Source of the DNA: Schizochytrium sp. TIO01
Lineage: Eukaryota; Protista; Bigyra: Labyrinthulomycetes
Direction: 5' to 3'
DNA length: 64,000 nt
NCBI GenBank assembly: GCA_004764695.1
Contig: SMSO01000025.1
Location: 4,070,862 to 4,134,861 of the forward strand
Shown here: piece by piece, positions 12,318 to 22,897 of the stretch
Layout: every line of letters begins with the position of its first letter
How positions within the stretch are numbered: the stretch's first letter is position 1
Program-made: the position numbers and the translations under genes
The notes under the pieces: generated by a model
What the model was told of the DNA's origin: nothing
What the model saw: the letters and a program-made list of their open reading frames with translations, nothing else
The model's database searches: none

Positions 12318-14639
12318 ATGGGGCGCGATGGGGCAGGGTCTCTGGGCGGCGCTACAGAGTGCGGTTCCTTGGGAGCGCCTGGCGCAGGCACAATTCATGG
12401 GGGCAGCAAGCCGTATGTTATCAACTATACGGACGGGAAGCTAGAGCTTTCTGCTGCCGAGTTCCAACTGTACAGCCAACTTTTCACAGTCCTAGACTCC
12501 GACGGGGATGAGGAAATACCTGGTAAGGAGGGCGCTGCCTTTTTGAGGAGGGCACGCATGCTAGATGACGATGTGCTTCGCGTTATCTATCGGCTTGCAT
12601 GCGGGGGTAACTCCAAGGCGACTTTGAATCGTGAGGAGTGGTTCCTAGCCTGCAAATTCGTGGGCCTTGTTCAGCACTTCTCGCACTCATCGTCAAACTC
12701 CGCGCTAAACTCGGCATCGACCCAAACAACAAACTCGACATCAAACTCAGTGCTAGGCTTGGAGACGAAATCAGATAGTCCGGTGTCAGGTTCCCCACCG
12801 GTAGCAGTAAGTCATGCGCAGAGCCATGCTGCATTGACGTTGTCAAGAGAATGCCTATTCCGTAATGATATTAAAATTGGTTTGGCGGACTTTGGCCTTT
12901 TTGGAAAGGCCCCAGACTACACCACCGACGTTTCTCCGGCACACCCGCCGAGCACGTGCCAGATTCGTGTTTTCAATCCAACAGTGGCTGGGTCCGGCAT
13001 GAAGAGGCACGTAATTTACACTGTATCATTACGAACTACTTTGCCACATTTTCCTCGCCAGCAACAGCTTGTGCACGTTACGCGGCGATACTCGGATTTT
13101 CGCTGGCTACATGAGCGTCTCTGTGCACGTTTCCCAGGCACTGTCATCCCACCACTTCCTGCCACACGCATGTTTGGAAATCTCTCGGCTGCTTTCATTG
13201 AGGAACGGAGATTGGCTCTACAGCAGTATCTGGATGAAGTCGCACGTCATCCCAAGTTAACGCAGTGCTTTGAGGTACAGGCAATTCTCGACGCGTCTTC
13301 TGAGGGGTTTGATGTATGCCGCTTAATGATGGATGCTGCGGATGGCTTTTCTGGCAATGCTGCATTACAACTCGGAGCTCCATCGTCCTCTTCTCCCTCT
13401 CCCTCTTTGGTTTCAGCAAAGTTTCCAGGAGCAGTAAACTCATCGTCATCAGGTATGACTTCCGCAAATGGCTCAGGACTTATGCACGTGTCTAGCGACG
13501 ATTTGCCCTGGGACGATGATGCAGATTTTATTGATGCTCAAGGCGATATGGCTGGGGCGGGAAAGCGAGCTTCGGAGATTGCAGGAGCTGCAGGAGCAGC
13601 CGCGGGGGCAGCTGCCGCCGCTGCAAGCTCTTGGTTTTCCTCTATTGTGAAAAAGGTTGAGCATTCTTCTCTCCTCTCGGGTCTGGAAGAGGCCACCGGC
13701 GCAACTCCTGGCACAAATAGCACCCCTCAAATGGAAACTCATGTTCGCCGCGAACTGGTGCGTCTGGGTATTCGAACAGATACAGTAGATGGATTTCGCC
13801 AAGAGCTTGCTGACTACGGAAAGCGCCTGCATGCTGCAATCAAGGTTATTGACAAACTTGTAGCATGCCGTCGCGCACGTGGATATGAGCTTGCTCGTAT
13901 TGGGGCTTATTTCGGATCGCTTGCCAAGGTTGAGGCTCTATGTACAGATTCAACCAGGGGCTTACAGTCACAGCAAGCCCACCCTCAGCAGCAAGAGCAA
14001 CAGCAGTTGCGCGCGTGTCTTTCGCCCGACCAGGCTCTCTTTGAAGATCTATATGCCCGTTTTGACCAGTCATCGAATCATGTCCAAGATTTGAATGACC
14101 GAGTTGCGACTGGCTTGTTGGCACCTCTGCGCTACCAAATGGGCAAAATTGGAGCCATGAATACTGTGATTGAAAACCATGACAGTCGCGTCTACGCTCT
14201 TCGACGCAGTCACGAAGCCTTAGAATCTGCCAAGAAACACTACGCCTCTGCCCGTGCGCAAAGTACTGGTGTAGACACAGCACAAACTGGCGTGCGTACA
14301 GCAGAGCAAGACATTCTTGATGCAGAACGTACTTTGGTGGAAATGCATTCTAGTGTAAATCTCGAAATGCAAAAGTTTAGTTTTGAGCGAGCACAAGATG
14401 TTACGCTCATTCTTCAAACTTTTGCCACTGCGGAGATCCAGGGGGCTCACGAAACTCAGCAGATGCTTGCACCTCTTCAACAGCTGTGTTCTGACAACCT
14501 TGATAACGTTTTGGTTCAGCAAAGTTTTGATCGAATTTTTAACTCGAGTCGTGGGGGCGCAGCAATGTCAATATCTGCATCGACCGACTTGCCCGCTTGG
14601 TTTCTTGAAAAAGCTAGCCTTGCGCCATCCTCCTTTTAA
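12318..14639 (+). CDS. Sorting nexin with N-terminal EH(EF-hand)-like domain, PX domain and C-terminal BAR-like coiled coil
   Basis: PX motifs VTRRYSDFRWLHERL, IPPLP and FIEERRLALQQYL. N-terminal YSQLFTVLDSDGDEEIPGKEGAAFL...LNREEWFLACKFVGLVQ is EH-like; C-terminal ~250 aa is helical. First ATG of the ORF is at 12318. Confidence 0.9.
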   Translation: MGRDGAGSLGGATECGSLGAPGAGTIHGGSKPYVINYTDGKLELSAAEFQLYSQLFTVLDSDGDEEIPGKEGAAFLRRARMLDDDVLRVIYRLACGGNSKATLNREEWFLACKFVGLVQHFSHSSSNSALNSASTQTTNSTSNSVLGLETKSDSPVSGSPPVAVSHAQSHAALTLSRECLFRNDIKIGLADFGLFGKAPDYTTDVSPAHPPSTCQIRVFNPTVAGSGMKRHVIYTVSLRTTLPHFPRQQQLVHVTRRYSDFRWLHERLCARFPGTVIPPLPATRMFGNLSAAFIEERRLALQQYLDEVARHPKLTQCFEVQAILDASSEGFDVCRLMMDAADGFSGNAALQLGAPSSSSPSPSLVSAKFPGAVNSSSSGMTSANGSGLMHVSSDDLPWDDDADFIDAQGDMAGAGKRASEIAGAAGAAAGAAAAAASSWFSSIVKKVEHSSLLSGLEEATGATPGTNSTPQMETHVRRELVRLGIRTDTVDGFRQELADYGKRLHAAIKVIDKLVACRRARGYELARIGAYFGSLAKVEALCTDSTRGLQSQQAHPQQQEQQQLRACLSPDQALFEDLYARFDQSSNHVQDLNDRVATGLLAPLRYQMGKIGAMNTVIENHDSRVYALRRSHEALESAKKHYASARAQSTGVDTAQTGVRTAEQDILDAERTLVEMHSSVNLEMQKFSFERAQDVTLILQTFATAEIQGAHETQQMLAPLQQLCSDNLDNVLVQQSFDRIFNSSRGGAAMSISASTDLPAWFLEKASLAPSSF

Positions 14640-15737
14640 CTTACACATCTATTTGATGATTTTATTGTGAAAACCTGTACATAACAAATAGAACAAAATA
14701 TTCGGGTCGAGGTCCTACTATCATGTCTTTCTCACAGCATCAGCTTCTTCAGCGTACAATCTTTTGGCTTCGAATTGTTCCTCCCACTTTTTGATAGAAG
14801 ACAACTTGCTCTTTTCCTTTATTTCGCTTGATTTCTGTTGTCGTTCTAACAACATATTGTCATAGATACTGCCAGCTTTGGCCCTCATGGTCTTCTCAAA
14901 CATCTTTCAATCACTCTCTTCTTTCTTTTTTGTTTTATTTCCAGTGAAGTGCAACGTGAGGTTTTACTATAATAGATATTACAATGCTCGGTTATTTTCT
15001 TGCGATAATCGACTACAGAATAGACTGGGGAACCGGGAGGTTCGAAATCCCCCTTGCCGATTATACTGAGCTTTCATCTTCGATGTTATCTTAGAAGCAT
15101 TTCTGTGTGGTCTACTATTATAATTGAATCGAGTTTTGCTGACATGGTTCCCTAGTCCTTCCCAATAAAGAGAAAAAAAAAAAAAAAAGGAAGAAAAGGT
15201 CTTCAAGTTTTCTATAGTAAATCCCTATATCCCTCTTCTTCTCTAGTATGCCGTTAGGTTCGTAACGGATTGGTATCATATGCTTAGGACAGCACCTAAC
15301 GAATTGTATGCAGATGAGACCAGAGCAATTAGAGCAAAGTAGTGGTAAGGACAAATAGGGTTAAGAGAGATGGGAGGATGGGATAGACTCAGCAATATGC
15401 AAATACAAGAATCTTCATTGCAGAGTGACGCAGATGCCATTGTCCTTTGGCTTTGGCTGTGTTATCGCTGCACCAGCACTAAACAGACCTGGCAAGTAGC
15501 TCAGTAAACTCGCAGGGCGCTAACAAGGAAAAGCCCAACTCCGCAGCAAAGTAAAGGTCGCTGTATAGTGCTCTTCAACCAGAGTCCTCTATACCTTTTC
15601 TGTTTGTTGCGTTTACGTCGTTGCTAGCCTTGCTTCTGGTGATTGCGCCAGGCCCGTCGAAGTGGGCCCGCAGAGAGCTATTCAGGACTTGCTCTTGAAA
15701 GCTCGAGCAATCATCAAGGTTGTCAACATAAATATCA

Positions 15738-18700
15738 ATGGGTGACCATGGCCAAGGGGCGGAAAAGAATGCACCCTTTTCCAGGCAAAGCTCATTGAGG
15801 TCACATCTCCCCAATGACGACCGCTCAGTGAGCATCTTGAAGCACCATCAGCAAACACCAAGCAGACCGTCCAACGCCGGTGGAAGTCTGACAGACCATG
15901 TGCAAAAGCGCAATACCTTAGCATTGCTGCAGAAAACAGAGGAACAACTCCAAGTTATTCTCAAAGAGGTTCAGGACCAGAGACGGCTTATGGGAAGGCG
16001 AAATACGCACTGTCTTGAAGACATCGACTTACCACAGATGAACAGCACATACATTTGGCCTCTTCCCTCTGTAAGCAACAAAAGTCAAGAACTTCTTGAA
16101 GCTGGGAAAAAGCGAGACTTTGAAAAGTGCAAAAGGCTTCTTACTGGTTGGGCACAAAACCCATTCGATGTGAACTTAGCCTCAGACGACAAAGCTCAGA
16201 ACACCTGCATTTTGTATTTGCTGCTTCCGCTCGAAAGAGAAACGGATTCCGCTGGGAACCCATATTATAGTGCAGAACAGCTCAAGGAGCTCCCTGCTAT
16301 AATTAGGAGACTGGTTGAATGTCACGCCGATGTCAACTACCAGAACTCAGATGGCCGCTCAGCCCTGGGTATTGCATGCAATGAGATTGCAATAGAGATA
16401 GTAGCGGATATGGTAGAAGTTTTTGCAGCCTCGCAAGAAGGTCTTGGAGACCCTAACCTGACTTCTGAACAATTGAAAGAACTGATTGACTATCGACTGC
16501 GTCTTATGCCTGATCCGAATCGTCGACAAAATGTCTCTAAAATCTCCTCCAAGTTTGATGGAGGCACTTTGTGGGTGCTCGCTGTCAGGAAAGATAGCTT
16601 TGACATTTTACAGCTGCTTTTGGATGCCCAGGTTGCACTTCGTGTTCAATGGAAATACTGGAGAACGCATCCGAACACTAAGACTAAATACAATTTTGAA
16701 GACAAGAAGAACAAAATGGTGGACATTACAAATAAAAGGGGCAACCCTCAGGCTTGGGAGGAAGATGGCTCCCCTCTTCATGTAGTAATCAAACACGCTC
16801 AGAATGAAGACACTGTATATCAGTTTATCAGGTGCATGCTTGACGATTACTCTGAAGATGATGAAGCAAAGGACTTCTTGACTCTCTTTGATTCGAGCGC
16901 TGTCGATGGCAATGGGATGACCGCGTTGCATCTTACTTGCCAAATTGGATATGAGCAGTGTATCGGTGACATACTTCGCTATCGTTTGTATTATGGCGAA
17001 GCAGAAAAATCAATAAGTAAACCGATCGACGTTAATATGCAATGTGGCAGAGACAAAGTTACCGCCCTCATGCTTGCAGTATCAAACGGGCACACTCCTG
17101 CGGTTCGGGAACTTTTCGAGTCTAACAATCTTGTCAAACAACGCCATGACCTGACATTGCGAAGGGCTCATGATCGCATGACAGTTCTGCACATTGCTTC
17201 TTCTCATCGCCAAGAACTAGATGAAGTAGTTTCTATACTTTGCAAGAACAAAGCAGAGGTGAACCTAAAAGATTCGAGAGGCTTTTCTCCACTTCATTTG
17301 TCATGTCTGCATGGGCATGTTTCGAACGTGAGAATCTTGCTCAATTATAATGCCAATTCTGCAGCACTTACGAACGATGGCAAGGAGACTGCGATCCATA
17401 TTGCCGCGGCATATGGCTACATCAATATTACTAGTATACTTATTCGTAAAGGCGGTTCACAGGTTGCTAAAGAGAACGAAGATGGTGAAACACCACTACA
17501 TCACGCGTTTAAATACCACACGTTTATTAGCAATGAGGCAGAGAACATCATTATGTTCATTAAAAAAAAGGACTTGCTGGACCCAAGCGATCTTAACGAA
17601 CGAGGTATCGGAAATGATATACAAAAATTCTTGAAAATTTATGAACGTCGGGCCGGTAGAAATAACACAGCCCACCTTGCGAGTACGAACGAACACAAGA
17701 AAGACTTGCAGAAAAATCTTTTATTTAAATTTGATAGCCACCCGAGCTCTCCTCATTCAGCCTTACAGCAACTGCAATCAAAAGATCCAAGTGAAGTAAT
17801 TCAGGAACAGTTTGAAAAAGAGGGATTAGCAGGTTGTCTGACAAAACTGGAAACCAAGTTCCTGGAAATCAACAACCAAAACATGCTCATCAAGCTACTG
17901 CTGGGTGCAGGCTGTGAACTGGATCATGAGGATAATACGGGCGAACCTGCATTTATTACAACAGCTCGTTTTGATTGGTTTTATCTACATGAGGACGAGA
18001 TGACTGAAATTTATGATCGCCCAAACGAAATTGGGTACGATTCTGAAATTTTCATGGACCGACGCACACAATTAGCTGTGGAGACTGCCTATGTTGGATT
18101 CGGATTGCGAACGGAAGCCCTGCAAAAGCTCCTGATTTGGGTTGCTACGCTTGTACTTCTCACCTTTGTTGGTATTCGTTATAGTGGTCGAAATAGCTAC
18201 GAGGCGTTCTCTCTTGAAGCAGGAATTAAGGATCGAGTTGCGAATGATGAGTGGGACGAATATCAAACGAAAACCCTGGCGGATGTTGGAACCCTGGACG
18301 AATGGTCACAGTATGTACCAAACGTATTCATCGAATCACTATGGGAATCAGGGCAAGCTTATGTAGACACTAATGGCGATTTGCGCAATGTTGGAGATCA
18401 TGGAGCACTTCTCAATGGATTGATTGGATTACTTGGGCGTCCTCGCTATCGCCAACTTCGTACAAGCCCCACCGGATGCAACAGCTCCACGCCATCCATT
18501 CTAATAGAAACAGAAGAGACTTGCTTTCTTCCTGCCACTAGACAGACCTACCAACCGGCATTCCACAGTATTCAGGACCGTGTGCCATTCACTTGCCCAC
18601 TCAGTAATGGCACAAACCTTGAGCTAACGTGGGATAAATATCCTTCTTTCCCAGTTTTCGGCCAGTATGGGTTTTATCATTCCGGTGGCTATAGTGTAAC

Positions 18701-20282
18701 CTTACCAAAGAATCGAACCGAAGTCGACACTTTATTTCAAGATCTTATGGCATGCGATTATGTCTCGTTGAACACGCGTTTCGCTGTGCTTGAGTTCACC
18801 TTATACTCTAGGTCGCAAGGTTTGTTTACCCACGGGCTAATATTTTTGGAGCTCACTGCAGCTGGTGGTATTGTTCCTGGCCAACGGTGGCACACTTGCA
18901 AACTTGTCAGTTACAACTCTGATCAGGATAAGTTTGATATTATTGCGGAGATTCTACTACTTATTGCTTTTGTCTATTACATGTACTGCGAGTTCGATGC
19001 TATGTTTAGTCGGTGGGACCCAAGACATATTCAAGTCGCACCCAAGTTCTGGCAGCCTGAAATTTGGAACACAGAAAAGGCGACTAAGTTTTACATTGAA
19101 AATCCCAAGACCTATCGAGTTTCTTTCCGTTGTCCATGTACGTCTAAATCTCTTTGCTTCAAAAAAACAGATAAAACGATTCAGCCGTACTGGATAAATC
19201 CTTTCAATTACGTCGATGTTTGTGTTATGACACTCTTCATTTCACTTCTAATAGTACATGGCTACCTTGTCGCGGCGGTTGACAGTCGGCTGGATTATTG
19301 GTACAGTTTGTCCAACTCCGAGGAGTACGTAGATGTATCGCACCTGATATGGTTTGCCACTGTGCGTCAGCACCTGCTTGCAGTCATTGTCTTCCTATGT
19401 TACATCAAGTGTCTTGAGCATCTTCAAGTATCGGCAACCATGGCCATTCCTGTCATCATTATTGGAGGTATGCTTCGCCAGCTTGTGAGCTTTTTCACAA
19501 TTTTCGTAGTGTTTCTGATGGCATTTGGGCTATTTGATTACATTCTTTATGGCCTCACGTATGAACCTTCAAGCTCAGTGTTGCGATCCATCATCATGGC
19601 TTTCCGCAACTCTCTTGGAGATATTGACTTTGATGGGAAGTATGAGCTAGACCATACTGTAGGACTCTTCATGACTGTTTTTTCCGCCTCCTTGTTGGTC
19701 ATTCTCTTACTCAATTTACTCATTGCAATTATGAATGAGGCTTACGAGGATATTAAAGAATCTGCTGAGGCACGCTGGTGCTATATCCAGTTCCGCATGA
19801 TCGTTGCAAATCAGCGTAGTAGGAAAGCTTTCCAAGATATTTCGCAGCGTCTTGACTCGATTAGCAGTATGTTTACTTTGGCTGCTGATGGTAATGTACC
19901 AAATGGTGACGGCGACTGCAATTCCGGGGATGACGTTGTGAAGATGAAGGAGATTCAAGTTCCATCTCTGGGGCCTTTGCAGACTTATCATCACGATTCT
20001 CTAGGCTTGGCCAGAAAGAGTTCTGATATCATGCGTGTGGCTGAGACCCCTGTAGCTGCATTCCTCCGAGATCGTCACACTAAGCAAGAGGTTGACGATC
20101 AAATCTTTGATAGTCTAACCAGGTTTCTTCAGGAGGAGAAATTACGAGAAGAAAAACGAAGAGCTGGTGGCGAAAGCGACATTGATAATGATGATGATCG
20201 ACATGACAACACTACGTCTCGGGAAGCACCAAAATCTCGTCAACGCTATATTTCAAATAACTCCAAGGTGTATCCGCAATAG
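15738..20282 (+). CDS. Ankyrin-repeat polycystin-2 (PKD2/TRPP)-like cation channel
   Basis: Multiple ankyrin repeats (GMTALHLTC, VTALMLAV, GFSPLHLSC, ETAIHIAA, GETPLHHA). Polycystin-domain motifs LLGRPRYRQLR, YHSGGYSVTL and TRFAVLEFTLYS, six TM segments, pore SLGDIDFDG, S6 LLNLLIAIMNEAY. Confidence 0.92.
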   Translation: MGDHGQGAEKNAPFSRQSSLRSHLPNDDRSVSILKHHQQTPSRPSNAGGSLTDHVQKRNTLALLQKTEEQLQVILKEVQDQRRLMGRRNTHCLEDIDLPQMNSTYIWPLPSVSNKSQELLEAGKKRDFEKCKRLLTGWAQNPFDVNLASDDKAQNTCILYLLLPLERETDSAGNPYYSAEQLKELPAIIRRLVECHADVNYQNSDGRSALGIACNEIAIEIVADMVEVFAASQEGLGDPNLTSEQLKELIDYRLRLMPDPNRRQNVSKISSKFDGGTLWVLAVRKDSFDILQLLLDAQVALRVQWKYWRTHPNTKTKYNFEDKKNKMVDITNKRGNPQAWEEDGSPLHVVIKHAQNEDTVYQFIRCMLDDYSEDDEAKDFLTLFDSSAVDGNGMTALHLTCQIGYEQCIGDILRYRLYYGEAEKSISKPIDVNMQCGRDKVTALMLAVSNGHTPAVRELFESNNLVKQRHDLTLRRAHDRMTVLHIASSHRQELDEVVSILCKNKAEVNLKDSRGFSPLHLSCLHGHVSNVRILLNYNANSAALTNDGKETAIHIAAAYGYINITSILIRKGGSQVAKENEDGETPLHHAFKYHTFISNEAENIIMFIKKKDLLDPSDLNERGIGNDIQKFLKIYERRAGRNNTAHLASTNEHKKDLQKNLLFKFDSHPSSPHSALQQLQSKDPSEVIQEQFEKEGLAGCLTKLETKFLEINNQNMLIKLLLGAGCELDHEDNTGEPAFITTARFDWFYLHEDEMTEIYDRPNEIGYDSEIFMDRRTQLAVETAYVGFGLRTEALQKLLIWVATLVLLTFVGIRYSGRNSYEAFSLEAGIKDRVANDEWDEYQTKTLADVGTLDEWSQYVPNVFIESLWESGQAYVDTNGDLRNVGDHGALLNGLIGLLGRPRYRQLRTSPTGCNSSTPSILIETEETCFLPATRQTYQPAFHSIQDRVPFTCPLSNGTNLELTWDKYPSFPVFGQYGFYHSGGYSVTLPKNRTEVDTLFQDLMACDYVSLNTRFAVLEFTLYSRSQGLFTHGLIFLELTAAGGIVPGQRWHTCKLVSYNSDQDKFDIIAEILLLIAFVYYMYCEFDAMFSRWDPRHIQVAPKFWQPEIWNTEKATKFYIENPKTYRVSFRCPCTSKSLCFKKTDKTIQPYWINPFNYVDVCVMTLFISLLIVHGYLVAAVDSRLDYWYSLSNSEEYVDVSHLIWFATVRQHLLAVIVFLCYIKCLEHLQVSATMAIPVIIIGGMLRQLVSFFTIFVVFLMAFGLFDYILYGLTYEPSSSVLRSIIMAFRNSLGDIDFDGKYELDHTVGLFMTVFSASLLVILLLNLLIAIMNEAYEDIKESAEARWCYIQFRMIVANQRSRKAFQDISQRLDSISSMFTLAADGNVPNGDGDCNSGDDVVKMKEIQVPSLGPLQTYHHDSLGLARKSSDIMRVAETPVAAFLRDRHTKQEVDDQIFDSLTRFLQEEKLREEKRRAGGESDIDNDDDRHDNTTSREAPKSRQRYISNNSKVYPQ

Positions 20283-22897
20283 TCTCCATTTCTCCATTTT
20301 GAGAGTATCGCCTAATTACCCTTATCCTAAGGTTCTGCGAAATGAAACTTGAAAACCTATAAATTTTAAAGCATACCATGACCTAGTTCACTTTTCTTTT
20401 TTATTCTTGATGAATACGAGAATGCTCAGAAGATACCTACTTGCAAGCTTTTGTCTGCTGGTATTTCTGATCGACGCCAGTTATTAGGCACTAGTACTCT
20501 AGTAGGTGGTACTGCTACTGCTACTACTCCTGGTCATCCTTTTCAGCAGTACAAATTGAGTAAGTTCTCGAGTCAAGTCAAAGCAATGACGACAATTTTT
20601 CTAATTTAAACCATGACTAGATACAATTGAGATTAGTGTGCAGTTTGAGATGCAGTAGATCCATTGAGGAGTGGAGTTTGTTCTTACAGGACTGCTTTTG
20701 TTATGGAGGAGTGTTGATTTTGATGTTCAACCTGAAGTTGGTTGAACTTGATAGCCAACATCGCCTCAAAGTAGTACGGAGGTCACGGTGTCCTTTGTTA
20801 GCTCTATCTACTCTCATTAGTCACTCACCAACTATTTAGATGTCATGAAAACTCCAGCCAGAGCAAATCAACGATGAGAGAAAGAAGGAAGGGATCGCAC
20901 GTGGCATTGCTAGGCGCTTAAGGACTAGTAGTATGCTCTTATGAAGGGCGGGTTCCCGCGTTCTAATGTTTTGTGCACGCGCGTGTTTTAAGCTGCTAAC
21001 ACAAACTATAGCAGTAAGCAATAGGCGCCTGGCTGGCTAGCGCCACTCGCCGAATGGTGGAGCTTGGCGGGTTTTAACTTTTGAAGCAGCCTATGCGCCG
21101 AGTCATCTGATGCTTCAAAGTCTCGCCATCGAAAGCTCGTGCCGCTGCCTGCTAACCACAGTATCGTACACATACATCAGCACGTGCATCGTTTTGCAAA
21201 AAACCAACGAGTTTGGTTTACTCACTTCTTAACAGTAGGATCTTAAGGGTAAACACTACTCTTGTTTTATCTCTAGCTAGAGTACTCTGAGAAGCTAGTC
21301 TTCGAGTCTCTCTGCACTCATAAGAAACGCTGCCCCTCCAAGGCTCAAAGGTCCATGCATGCTTTCAGGAGGGCAAGGTGGTGAGTAGTACCGACTCTCT
21401 TGATTTGTTGCGAAGGCCTCAGCCCTTGCAGAGTTCCATGAAACTTGAAGGGCCATCTTGTTTTTCTTTACCTCTGCTGGGCCTAGTGGGTACCTACGCG
21501 CTGGTCTAGTAGTAAAGAAAGAAGAACGCGCGTCGCTCAACCAGCTCCGCCCGGAGAGACTACTACAGTTTAAGTTATGTGACGTTAGTCCGATTCGTGT
21601 GCACGCGGTGGAAGGAAATAACATCTAATAAACAAATTTTGGGAATTTTAACTTGAAAATAACCTATTACTCTCTTGAATTGAAAGATAGATGATTAGTT
21701 TACTATTTTATTTTACTTTATTTTAAGATAATTAAGTTAAATCAAACTAAATTGAATACTAATGAAACAAATAACTGAATTGAAGTAAACATAGAAAGCA
21801 CATCAGTATCCCGAGGAGAGCCAATCAAGGTTCTCTTTCCTGCTCTCTCCAAAGGCCTTCGGAGCCGGACCACAATGAGGCACGGGGGCGGTAGATACCC
21901 AGGCAGGCAGAGGGTGCCTCGTCTCCCTTACCATATCTACAGGTGGTGGACAGGCCTTTTGCCACACCGCCCGAGATACAGGTACTTTCAAGAAAGTTGT
22001 TCGTTGTTTGTGCATTACGAAAGGAGTGATGGCAAAACCATTTGCACAACTCGAGAGGCCCACGCGCTAGTGCCCAATTAGGCGTATGAGTAGGAGTAGC
22101 GAGGCCCTCGCAAACCGAACATCACTCATTTTGAAATGCCCTTCACACATAAGAAAAACACGGCAGCAAAAAATGTTTTGGCTTTCTTTTTAAACTGAGA
22201 GAGGCGGCGAGTCCTAGGGAATAGGCTATGTGTGCATAGTGAGGATGTGGGTGAAAAGAAAAGAAAAGAGGGATCGATTGAATGACTCGGAAGGAATGAA
22301 TGAATGAATGAACGATTCTTTGAAGAAATAAATGAAGCATAAGACAAATACACAAACTTGGAGCAGCAGCAAGCTCCGCCTGCAGACTACCCTGCCTGTG
22401 CGCCTTGGTCGCCGCTTGGCAAGCTAGACGCAGACCCGGCCATCGTCACGGAGTAGACTTGTGTCTCTCACTGATTAAGACTACAAGCAAGCGAGCCAGT
22501 CTGCGAAACGGCGAAGTCCCTCGCTCATCGAGCATCGAGCGTCTAGTAGTACCTTGGTGCCAATACTAGCGCTATCAATTCCTTGTGACGTCGACGTGAA
22601 CGAAACGAACTTCTACACACAACATTTCGACCGTGGCGTCAAATCCATTCTCTCGGCTTGTGCTCTGCCCAAATTTAAATCTTCGAATTCCATTAATTGA
22701 TCGACACGCGCACACTACTTTTTAAAGAATAGGAGAACTTGCTTTTCCTTGCGATACAAGCAAACAAAGCCTTTACTTGGAGAAAGCGAACCTCGGACCA
22801 CTCGTCAGCTTTGGGCCTGGCGCTGTGGCCCTGGCCTTTGTTTAAATAGATACAATTATTGTTCTGCAGCAAAGATTTCTACCACCACGGTTTGATA

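Noticed and set aside
14721-14903. 60-aa charged coiled-coil-like ORF
   Set aside because: Short, preceded by an in-frame stop, and no recognisable family; cannot be supported as a gene.
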